A stretch of DNA of 64,000 nt from Candidatus Marinacidobacterales bacterium (GTDB lineage: Bacteria > Acidobacteriota > Vicinamibacteria > Marinacidobacterales > DATDRI01). The notes below the pieces were generated by a model. That model was not told the DNA's origin, ran no database searches, and was given only the letters and a program-made list of their open reading frames with translations. The stretch lies in NCBI GenBank assembly GCA_965226495.1, contig OZ245365.1, positions 4,992,001 to 5,056,000 of the forward strand, given 5' to 3'. Shown here in pieces: positions 1-8,240 of this stretch (its first letter is position 1; the number at the start of each line of letters is the position of its first letter). The position numbers were made by a program, and so were the translations under genes.

Positions 1-2
1 CT

Positions 3-3000
3 TCCTGTAGCAAGATCACGTACACATTCCTAGGTATTGGCAGCGGCTCGCCCCAGCTATCCGCATGGCAAGTCGGGCTCCTGGAGAGCAAGACCCTCTC
101 GGAAGGATCGCTGGTGCTCGAAGAGGAAGAGCTCGAGTGGGTGCGATCGGTTGCGATCTCGAGCGAAGATGAATCGGTGGGTTTCTACAACGACTCCGAG
201 ATCTACATCCCCTTGATGGAAAAGCGCACCGTGACGCGTCGCGCCGAGAGGTACGCTACGACGAACAGCTATCGCACGACGGATTTCAATGACTTCGGGC
301 GACCCTGGAAGATCGTCGAATCCGGAGACCTGACGCGCACAACCACTAGAGTGTTTCAATATGGTTTTGGCCCCTACATTGTCGACCGGGTTGCTTCCGA
401 GTCGGTTAAGGTCGCGGGCGATAAAACGTTTACGATGAGCCGCGCGTTCGACCTCGGCGACGGTTTCATGAAGTCCGAAACGGTCTATGGAATCAAGACC
501 ACGTTTACACCAGACAGTTTCGGCAACCTCGCGCGCATAAAGAATGCTAACAACAACACAACCCAGTTCAGCTACTCTCAGGGCGTCCTTAGAAACACGA
601 CCACTCCCGAATACACCATCACGCGGTCCATCAATTCGGATGGGACCGTCGCATCGGAAACCCAGCGAGGTCTTACGACCCGGTTCGAATACGACCGTCT
701 TTTCCGAACTACTGAAATAGATCCCCCGGCCGGTAACAATATCGTTACTGCGTATGACAACCAGAACGGCTCGTTTCGGCGGGTGAAGCGGGGTTCCTCG
801 GTTTTTACTACCGAGCTCGACGGCCTCGGTCGCGTTTCGGGGACATCCAATTCGGTCCAGGTCAAAACGCACGCAGACTGGGATGCCTGTGGTCGGCGGG
901 TTTATCAAAGCTATCCCTTCACCGGAAACATCAGTATTGGGACCGCCTTCGAATACGACGCGCTCGGTCGACTCAAGAAGAAAACCAATACCGGCCCCAA
1001 TACGACCATGACGTACAGCTATTCGGGCTCGAACGGGATCGACGTCACTATTGAAGATGAAGAGGGGAGGACCACCGTTCAGGATTGGAGCGCCTTCGGC
1101 GACCCGCGAGACGCGAGGCTGGTCAAGCTCACCGACGCCAACGGGGCCGGGTGGCAGTACGTTTACAACACGCTCGGAAGCCAAACTCTCTTGAACCCGC
1201 CGGGATCGGTGCCGAATCGTAGCTGGACGTTCAACTCCAAGAACCAGCTAGTGCAAGAAACTCATCCTGAAAGTGGAACGCTCACGTACTCATACCGCGC
1301 AGCAGGAAACCTCGAATCTCGAACGGACGCCGCCTTCGGCCGCACTAGGTATCACTACGATGGTAATGAACGTCTCATTCTCATCGATCGACCCGGCGGG
1401 TATGGCGACATCGCGATGGATTATGACGATTCGGACAATCGCACGCTCCTTGATAACGGGGACGCGAGAAGCACTTTTACCTATGACGGCGCCAACCGGC
1501 TCGAGCGACGAGACGATGTCATCGGCGGGGAGACGTTCGTAACGCGATATGGATACGACGGGAACGACAACCTCGAGCGAATCGATTACCCCTCGGCACA
1601 AGTCGTTCAATACTCCTACGACAATGAGAACCGGATCACGCTCGTCCACGACGGAAACGCGACGTTCGCCGCCGATTTCGAATACCACGCTTCCGGAGGC
1701 GTGACCTCCTATCGAGCCGGGAACGACGTGACTCACAACTTCACGTATGACGATCGATATCGGGTCGAAGACGTCTACGACAACGGCGGGGTATTGGATC
1801 TACGTTATACGTACGATGACGTGGGGAACGTCACCGACATCGTGGACGGACGCCCAGGGATGAACCAGAGCTACCGGTACGACCAGCTTGACCGCCTCAC
1901 GACGGCCAATGGTTTTTGGGGAAATGGCAGCTTCACCTATGACCGGCTCGGCAACATGAAAACGAGGACCATCGACGGCTTGCAGTCGACCCATTCCTAC
2001 AACGTCTCGAAGCAGCGACTAACGTCCTCCTCGAATCCCGCCGAGAGCTTCAGTTACGACGCTAACGGAAATCTAATTGGGGATGACGCTGGCGTCTATA
2101 CCTACACGCCGGAAAACATGCTCGAGCGTGCAACCGTCGGGGGTACCGTCACCGACTACGGTTACGACGGGGACAACCTGAGGAAGTTGAAGTCGAGCGA
2201 CGGCAAGGCGCAATTTTTCCTCCACGGTGCCGGCAATCTGCTTCTGAGCGAGTTCGAAATCGGGTGCGAGGGGGACCTCCAGTCGGTGCGAGACTACGTC
2301 TATGCCGGGGCCCGAATGATCGCATCGGTCAACAACAAACTGAGCTCGCCGACGCCGGTCGGGCCGGCCGATAGGATCTCCTCGACGACACCTACCCTTA
2401 AATGGAGCACTGTGCCTGGCGCCACGAGTTACACGCTGGTCGTGGAGAACACAACCGACGGCACGACGCCTATCAACCTCTCGGGGATTGCCGACACTAG
2501 CTACACTCCGACGAGTGCGCTCTTGCCATACAAGAATTACCAATGGCGGGTGAAGTCAGGTGACGGCGCCAACCAAAGCTGCTTCTCCGACAACACGCAT
2601 TTCGAAATTTTCACCGCACTCCTTTCCGTGAGCGTCCCTTCCCATGGCACGACTGTGTACTCTCCTTTCTCGGTATCGGGTTGGGCCATCGACCGGGCGG
2701 CATCGACCGGAACCGGGGTCGATGCGGTGCATGTGTGGGCATTCCCATCGGGTGCGGACGGCAACTTCAGCGTCGGCACTTTCCTTGGGACAGCCACACT
2801 GGGAATCGAGCGGCCCGGGGTGGGTGCTGCGTTTGGAGAGCAGTTCACTCCGTCCGGTTACCGGTTGAACGTCAACACTCCTCTACCTCCGGGCGGCTAT
2901 ACCCTTCGCGTGTATGCCCGCTCTTCCGCGACCGGCACCTTCAACAATTCCCTGACGGTAGACATCACAGTGGCGCCAGCGCTCAGTGCTCCGTTAATGG

Positions 3001-4088
3001 TTATCGACCTTCCCCAACCGGGGGCGAGCGTCTCGGTGCCCTTCGCACTAGCAGGGTGGGCCATCGACCAGGCGGCATCGACCGGAACCGGTGTCGATGA
3101 GGTGCACGTGTGGGCGTTTCCGCCAAGTGGGGATGGCATCTTCCTCGGGGCAGCCACACTTGGAGTCGTGCGGCCCGGAGTGGGTGCTGTGTATGGAGAA
3201 CAGTTCACGCCGTCCGGTTACCAGTTGAACGTCACCACTCCTCTACCTCCGGGCGGCTACACGCTTCGGGCGTATGCCCGTTCTACGGTGACGGATACCT
3301 TTAACAATTCCCGGACGGTAGACATCACAGTGGCGCCAGCGCTCAGTGCTCCGTTAATGGTTATCGACCTTCCCCAACCGGGGGCGAGCGTCTCGGTACC
3401 CTTCGTACTGGCAGGGTGGGCCACCGATCAGGCGGCATCGACCGGAACAGGTGTCGATGGGGTGGCGGTATGGGCATTTCCGCAAGGTGAGGACGGCAAC
3501 TTCAGCGAAGGCATCGTCCTTGGGGCAGCCACACTGGGAATCGAGCGGCCCGGGGTGGGTGCTGTCTATGGCGAACAGTTCACTCCGTCCGGTTACCAGT
3601 TGAACGTCACCACTCCTCTACCCCCGGGCAGCTATACCCTTCGCGTGTATGCCCGCTCTTCCGTGACCGGTACCTTTAACAACTCCCAGTCGGTAGACAT
3701 CACGGCGCTCCCGCCCAGTGCTCCGTTAATGGTTATCGACCTTCCCCAACCGGGAGCGGCCGTCTCCGTTCCCTTCCTGCTGGCAGGTTGGGCCTTTGAC
3801 CTGGCGGCATCGACAGGAACCGGTGTCGATGCGGTGCACGCGTGGGCGTTTCCGCCAGGTGGGGACGGCAACTTCAGCGTCGGCATCTTCCTTGGGGCAG
3901 CCACACTGGGAGTCGTGCGGCCCGGAGTGGGTGCTGTATATGGAGAACAGTTCACTCCGTCCGGTTACCAGTTGAACGTCATCACTCCTCTACTTCAAGG
4001 CGGCTACACGCTTCGCGTCTATGCCCGTTCTACAGTGACCGGCACCTTTAATCATTCCCGGGCGGTAGACATTACCGTGACGCCCTAG
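3..4088 (+). CDS. Rhs/YD-repeat cage protein (5'-truncated by window) with C-terminal FN3-like and four Ig-like domains, lacking the Rhs core and toxin
   Basis: Frame is open from position 3. Many YD repeats (YDALGRL, YDGANRL, YDDVGNV, YDQLDRL) end at RDYVYAGARMIASV (~2330), followed by an FN3-like segment and 4 GWAxD...GVDxVHVWAFP repeats. No YYHxDxLGS, GKERD or DPxG motifs. Confidence 0.9.
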   Translation, partial: SCSKITYTFLGIGSGSPQLSAWQVGLLESKTLSEGSLVLEEEELEWVRSVAISSEDESVGFYNDSEIYIPLMEKRTVTRRAERYATTNSYRTTDFNDFGRPWKIVESGDLTRTTTRVFQYGFGPYIVDRVASESVKVAGDKTFTMSRAFDLGDGFMKSETVYGIKTTFTPDSFGNLARIKNANNNTTQFSYSQGVLRNTTTPEYTITRSINSDGTVASETQRGLTTRFEYDRLFRTTEIDPPAGNNIVTAYDNQNGSFRRVKRGSSVFTTELDGLGRVSGTSNSVQVKTHADWDACGRRVYQSYPFTGNISIGTAFEYDALGRLKKKTNTGPNTTMTYSYSGSNGIDVTIEDEEGRTTVQDWSAFGDPRDARLVKLTDANGAGWQYVYNTLGSQTLLNPPGSVPNRSWTFNSKNQLVQETHPESGTLTYSYRAAGNLESRTDAAFGRTRYHYDGNERLILIDRPGGYGDIAMDYDDSDNRTLLDNGDARSTFTYDGANRLERRDDVIGGETFVTRYGYDGNDNLERIDYPSAQVVQYSYDNENRITLVHDGNATFAADFEYHASGGVTSYRAGNDVTHNFTYDDRYRVEDVYDNGGVLDLRYTYDDVGNVTDIVDGRPGMNQSYRYDQLDRLTTANGFWGNGSFTYDRLGNMKTRTIDGLQSTHSYNVSKQRLTSSSNPAESFSYDANGNLIGDDAGVYTYTPENMLERATVGGTVTDYGYDGDNLRKLKSSDGKAQFFLHGAGNLLLSEFEIGCEGDLQSVRDYVYAGARMIASVNNKLSSPTPVGPADRISSTTPTLKWSTVPGATSYTLVVENTTDGTTPINLSGIADTSYTPTSALLPYKNYQWRVKSGDGANQSCFSDNTHFEIFTALLSVSVPSHGTTVYSPFSVSGWAIDRAASTGTGVDAVHVWAFPSGADGNFSVGTFLGTATLGIERPGVGAAFGEQFTPSGYRLNVNTPLPPGGYTLRVYARSSATGTFNNSLTVDITVAPALSAPLMVIDLPQPGASVSVPFALAGWAIDQAASTGTGVDEVHVWAFPPSGDGIFLGAATLGVVRPGVGAVYGEQFTPSGYQLNVTTPLPPGGYTLRAYARSTVTDTFNNSRTVDITVAPALSAPLMVIDLPQPGASVSVPFVLAGWATDQAASTGTGVDGVAVWAFPQGEDGNFSEGIVLGAATLGIERPGVGAVYGEQFTPSGYQLNVTTPLPPGSYTLRVYARSSVTGTFNNSQSVDITALPPSAPLMVIDLPQPGAAVSVPFLLAGWAFDLAASTGTGVDAVHAWAFPPGGDGNFSVGIFLGAATLGVVRPGVGAVYGEQFTPSGYQLNVITPLLQGGYTLRVYARSTVTGTFNHSRAVDITVTP
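2620..4085 (+). repeat. Four intragenic ~360-375 nt repeats encoding Ig-like domains
   Basis: GACATCACAGTGGCGCCAGCGCTCAGTGCTCCGTTAATGGTTATCGACCT at 2961 and 3321. CCGTCCGGTTACC recurs four times. Confidence 0.9.
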
Positions 4089-4130
4089 CCGTCACGGCAC
4101 GAGCGTGGTTTACTAAAGAGGACGAGCATC

Positions 4131-5087
4131 ATGAAGATAGGTCGAGCGACAAGCAAGAAACTACAAGTCCTCCTCGGGTGTTTGCTGCTTGTGCCCGGCC
4201 TCGCCAACGCCCAGCGAATCGAGTACTACCACCTCGACGCCTTGGGCTCAGTACGTGCGGTGACCGACGAGAACGCCGACGTCATCGAACGCCACGACTA
4301 CCTCCCCTACGGCGAAGAGTGGAACCCCGAACCCTCCACCAACTCGCGGAAGTTCACCGGCAAGGAACGGGATGAGGAAACGGGCTTCGATTACTTTGGG
4401 GCGCGGTACTACGAGGCACAGCTTGCCCGGTTTACCACCATCGACCCCGCGCTGACTTTTGAAGAGAACCGCGTCGACCCGCAGAGGTGGAATCGGTACG
4501 CGTATGTTCGGAATAACCCCATGCGGTATGTGGACCCGGATGGCAAGATCCTCGAAACTCCGTGGGACATATTCAACATCACTCTCGGCCTAGCATCTTT
4601 GGGAGCGAATGTAGCGGTAGGGAATGTGGGTGGTGCCGCGGCGGACGCCGTGGGTCTGGCGATCGATGTTGCAGCAGCGGTCGTGCCGGGAGTGCCTGGA
4701 GGTGCCGGCACCGCGATACGAGCGATCCGGGGTGCAGACAAGGTTGCTGACATCACTCGCGCTACTCGGAGAGGTAGGCAGGTTCGAAGTCAGATCCACC
4801 ATGTGGCCACCGACAAATCCATCAAGAGTGGGTTCACTGAACAGTTCAACAGGGTTTTCTCGAGGGCTGGAATGAATCTACAGGACGATGCCAACAAACT
4901 CCTTCTCCAAGGTCATTCCGGCCGCCACTCCCCAAAATACCACCAGTACGTTCTCGGCCGTCTTAAAACAGTTACCGATGGACTGTCTGGAAATAACTAC
5001 ACGCGAGCGCTTAGAAACGAACTCGGATCCATTAGAACGGAGCTGACAAGGAATCCAGATCTGGTGAAGGGCATCGGCCTCGAATGA
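4131..5087 (+). CDS. Signal peptide + Rhs core + AHH-type (HNH-fold) nuclease toxin
   Basis: RBS AGAGGA; signal peptide ending ANA; YYHLDALGS, KFTGKERDEETG, NNPMRYVDPDG; C-terminal QIHHVAT...DDANK...HSGRHSPKYHQYV. Confidence 0.85.
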   Translation: MKIGRATSKKLQVLLGCLLLVPGLANAQRIEYYHLDALGSVRAVTDENADVIERHDYLPYGEEWNPEPSTNSRKFTGKERDEETGFDYFGARYYEAQLARFTTIDPALTFEENRVDPQRWNRYAYVRNNPMRYVDPDGKILETPWDIFNITLGLASLGANVAVGNVGGAAADAVGLAIDVAAAVVPGVPGGAGTAIRAIRGADKVADITRATRRGRQVRSQIHHVATDKSIKSGFTEQFNRVFSRAGMNLQDDANKLLLQGHSGRHSPKYHQYVLGRLKTVTDGLSGNNYTRALRNELGSIRTELTRNPDLVKGIGLE

Positions 5088-5668
5088 AATGGTTCTGGGT
5101 TGTTGCATGCGACAACACTGTCCCTAAGCCTTTCGTTGCCGATTGTGAAGACCTAAAGAAAGCAGAGGAGTTAGACTTATTGAGAGGCCAACCGATAGAA
5201 CATTGGGATGAAACGGCTTGGTTGAAAGCTTCGAAGCCAGAAAACGACGGCGACCCGGACGACGTACTCCAAGAGCACCTTGGAATACCTGTCTACTCCA
5301 ACCGACTCCGCGTGGCTCTGAACAGTGCTTCTATTACGGGAATCCAATACCTGTCGTTGCAGGTTTTGCGGCCGAATAACTCTCCCTTTGATGGATTCAG
5401 CATTGCGAACATACTCAATTTAGTTGCAGCGCTAGACTTCGAGAATTCAGACTACGACCGCTTTCCCGAGGATTACTTCCTTCCGGAGCGCAGGGGAATG
5501 ATACGGGGAATCCGCAGAGCCACACTACTGAAGTCGGCGCTAGATGGACTCCAGGTCATCCGTCTCAAGGAATACCCACGCAGCATCTACGTGTCAGACG
5601 AATTCAAAGCCGTGTTTGAATCCGGTGCCTTCACCGGCTACTCGTTCCATCAAATTCAACTCTCTTAG
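5084..5668 (+). CDS. Cognate immunity protein (Imm11/DUF1629-like)
   Basis: ATGA overlap with the toxin stop. PVYSNRLR...IQY...ANILNLVAALD...IYVSDEFK pattern resembles immunity proteins of AHH toxins. Confidence 0.7.
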   Translation: MKWFWVVACDNTVPKPFVADCEDLKKAEELDLLRGQPIEHWDETAWLKASKPENDGDPDDVLQEHLGIPVYSNRLRVALNSASITGIQYLSLQVLRPNNSPFDGFSIANILNLVAALDFENSDYDRFPEDYFLPERRGMIRGIRRATLLKSALDGLQVIRLKEYPRSIYVSDEFKAVFESGAFTGYSFHQIQLS

Positions 5669-5906
5669 AACGGAAGGCTACAAGTGGAACCGCCCCCTGT
5701 AAGTTTGAAACGACTACAGTAGAACGAAACTTATCGACGTGTTTCCGCACACCTTTAGGCACGGTGACCTATCTAGGTGTGCCAAAAGGAGACGGCAACG
5801 GTGAACACGAGTCCCAATCTGTCCAAAGTCGTAGAGTGGTCGAAGTAGCTCGAGACCAGCACGAATGATGAGCCACAGGCCTTCCGCACGCCTCGCCGTG
5901 CCACCC

Positions 5907-6242
5907 GTGAGTGTTGAAGATCCGGATACCATCGACTTCGTGGCCCTTGACCCCAGCGGAGAGGTCGTGCTCGTCATGGTGGAAGGCCGCGAGTGGGATG
6001 GTTCGGACGTGCGCCTGTTCGAGCTGCAAGAAAAGATTAACGGTTACGCGTCGTTTGTTCTTGACGGCAAGCTAATTGAGCAGCACCCAGAGCTGTTGGG
6101 CAAGCCTGTCCGGTTAGAGTTGCGGTGCGCTAGACCACCGGACCCGAAGACCGCTGGGTTTTTGGAAATGGTGAGCAGGAAGCTAGAGGAGGAAGGCCTG
6201 ACGCTTCGTGTGCAGCAGATTAGATCCGATCCTTCTGGTTAA
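5907..6242 (+). CDS. DUF6572-like small protein, copy 1
   Basis: VEDPDTIDFV...W...LQEKINGYASFVLDG. Identity with copy 2 begins at this GTG. Confidence 0.7.
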   Translation: MSVEDPDTIDFVALDPSGEVVLVMVEGREWDGSDVRLFELQEKINGYASFVLDGKLIEQHPELLGKPVRLELRCARPPDPKTAGFLEMVSRKLEEEGLTLRVQQIRSDPSG

Positions 6243-6432
6243 AACGCCGAGAGGCGTCGATCTTCCCCTGGATAAACTCCGCGCCAAACACCTTCTCTGC
6301 ATTCAGCCGATTGTGCGGGCCACAGTGAAGTCGGAGGTACCTCTCGTCGTGGCACCGATACAGCGCATACTGCCGCAGGTGCTCGATCTGGAGTCCCGTT
6401 CTCGGCGGACACCGGGACCGTCACGGCCTCGG
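6220..6432 (-). pseudogene. 3' remnant of the HNH endonuclease gene
   Basis: Aligns with 8218-8431 (GLQIEHLR...RYLRLHCGPHNRLNAEKVFG). No 5' part. Confidence 0.85.
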
Positions 6433-6500
6433 CGGTAGACATTACCGTGACGCCCTAGCCGTCACGGCACGAGCATGGTTTACTAAAGAGGACGAGCAAC
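6431..6500 (+). repeat. Duplicate of 4061-4130 (Rhs gene 3' end, hairpin, RBS)
   Basis: GGCGGTAGACATTACCGTGACGCCCTAGCCGTCACGGCACGAGC...TTTACTAAAGAGGACGAGCA in both places, with 2 mismatches. Confidence 0.95.
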
Positions 6501-7484
6501 ATGAAGATAGGTCAAACACTAAACAAGAGATTACACGTTCTCCTCGCGTGTTGGCTGCTCGTGCCCACGCTCGCCAACGCCCAGCGAATCGAGTACTACC
6601 ACCTCGACGCCCTGGGCTCAGTTCGTGCGGTGACCGACGAGAACGCCGACGTCATCGAACGCCACGACTACCTCCCCTACGGTGAGGAGTGGAACCCCGA
6701 GCCTTCGACCAACTCACGGAAGTTCACCGGCAAGGAACGGGATGAGGAAACGGGCTTCGATTACTTTGGGGCGCGGTACTACGAGTCTCAGCTTGCTCGG
6801 TTTACCACTATTGACCCCGCGCTGACTTTTGCAGAAAACCGCGTCGACCCCCAGAGGTGGAATCGGTATGCCTACGTCCGCAATAACCCGCTGCGGTATG
6901 TGGACCCGGATGGGAAGATCCTCGAGACTCCGTGGGACATATTCAACATCACTCTCGGCCTAGCATCTTTGGGAGCGAATGTAGCGGTAGGGAATGTGGG
7001 TGGTGCCGCGGCGGACGCCGTGGGTCTGGCGATCGATGTTGCCGCGGCCATTGCGCCCGGCGTTCCCGGTGGCGCCGGCACTACGCTACGAGCGATCCGG
7101 GGAGCGGATAAAGTCGCTGACCTGACTAAAACCGCCAGGAGAGGCTACCAATGGACTAGGTCCGGCACCCAAGCCACGTCTCAAGGCTTCCGATCGTTCT
7201 CCGCATTCAAACGAGCGGCGGGGCGGGCTGGGCCGGGGAGACAATGGCACCACGTTGTGGAACAAACGCCAAACAATCTCTCTCGGTTTGGCGCGGACAC
7301 AATCCACAACAACTCGAACTTGATCCCCGTTGACATTGAGACCCATAGAAGAATTAGCGGCTTTTTTTCATCAAAGCAGCCGTTCACTCAAGGTTCGACC
7401 GTACGACAATGGCTTGGCACCCGATCGCTAGAGCAACAGACGAAATTCGGACAAGAAGTCTTGGAGCGCTTCGCAAAAAAATGA
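6501..7484 (+). CDS. Signal peptide + Rhs core + HNH-fold (WHH-type) toxin
   Basis: Near-identical to 4131-4750 up to GADKVAD, then an unrelated C-terminus GFRSFSAFKR...QWHHVVEQ...HNNSNLI...HRRIS. Confidence 0.85.
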   Translation: MKIGQTLNKRLHVLLACWLLVPTLANAQRIEYYHLDALGSVRAVTDENADVIERHDYLPYGEEWNPEPSTNSRKFTGKERDEETGFDYFGARYYESQLARFTTIDPALTFAENRVDPQRWNRYAYVRNNPLRYVDPDGKILETPWDIFNITLGLASLGANVAVGNVGGAAADAVGLAIDVAAAIAPGVPGGAGTTLRAIRGADKVADLTKTARRGYQWTRSGTQATSQGFRSFSAFKRAAGRAGPGRQWHHVVEQTPNNLSRFGADTIHNNSNLIPVDIETHRRISGFFSSKQPFTQGSTVRQWLGTRSLEQQTKFGQEVLERFAKK

Positions 7485-7852
7485 AGTCAGACCAGGTTCA
7501 AAGGGCAAACATTCAAGATCTTCTAGAGGCCTACAAGGATGCTGCCGCCGCCCACTGCATGGCCACGGAACGAGGTGACCAAAATACAGCAAACCGAAGC
7601 CACGACGTCCTAGTAGGAATTCACACAGAGCTGCGTCGCCGGGGGGCGGAGGCGCTCAACGAGCTATTGAATTTGCTACAGAACAAAGACACTGGGGTGC
7701 GATTTTGGGCCGCTTCCCACGCTCTTGAGTTCTCTCCAGAAAAAGGAGAAAACGTCCTATCTGAGATAGCCAAGATCCCCAAGAGCCTAATTGCTTTCAG
7801 CGCAGAGGTAACTCTCCGGGAGTGGAGGGCGGGCCGGCTACGGTTTCCTTGA
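7481..7852 (+). CDS. Cognate immunity protein (DUF2019-like, helical/HEAT-like)
   Basis: ATGA overlap with the toxin stop. GD..TAN...LL...VRFWAASHAL...AEVTLREWRAG. Confidence 0.7.
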   Translation: MKSDQVQRANIQDLLEAYKDAAAAHCMATERGDQNTANRSHDVLVGIHTELRRRGAEALNELLNLLQNKDTGVRFWAASHALEFSPEKGENVLSEIAKIPKSLIAFSAEVTLREWRAGRLRFP

Positions 7853-7904
7853 CCTCCTTAGGATACTGCCCCACTCTCTCCGCTGCTGGCAGGTATTGAG
7901 TACC

Positions 7905-8240
7905 GTGAGTGTTGAAGATCCGGATACCATCGACTTTCTGGCCCATGACCCCAGCGGAGAGGTCGTGCTCGTCATGGTGGAAGGCCGCGAGTGGGATGGT
8001 TCGGACGTGCGCCTGTTAGAGCTGCAAGAAAAGACTAACGGTTACGCGTCGTTTGTTCTTGACGGCAAGCTAATTGAGCAGCACCCAGAGCTGTTGGGCA
8101 AGCCTGTCCGGTTCGAGTTGCGGTGCGCTAGACCACCGGACCCGAAGACCGCTGGGTTTTTGGAAATGGTGAGCAGGAAGCTAGAGGAGGAAGGCCTAAC
8201 GCTCCGTGTGCAGCAGATTAGATCCGATCCTTCTGGTTAA
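7905..8240 (+). CDS. DUF6572-like small protein, copy 2
   Basis: About 8 nt differences from 5907-6242, counted by eye. Confidence 0.7.
   Translation: MSVEDPDTIDFLAHDPSGEVVLVMVEGREWDGSDVRLLELQEKTNGYASFVLDGKLIEQHPELLGKPVRFELRCARPPDPKTAGFLEMVSRKLEEEGLTLRVQQIRSDPSG

Noticed and set aside
57-1184. Long antisense ORFs here and at 11213-12193, 13247-13984, 52192-52896 and elsewhere
   Set aside because: Opposite well-supported genes; expected in high-GC DNA.
4086-4088. Pyrrolysine at the Rhs TAG
   Set aside because: No pyl genes or methyltransferase context, and the downstream gene has its own RBS and signal peptide.
5669-5905. Orphan toxin/immunity remnant between immunity 1 and the DUF6572-like gene
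   Set aside because: An open stretch exists but has no start codon or recognisable similarity.
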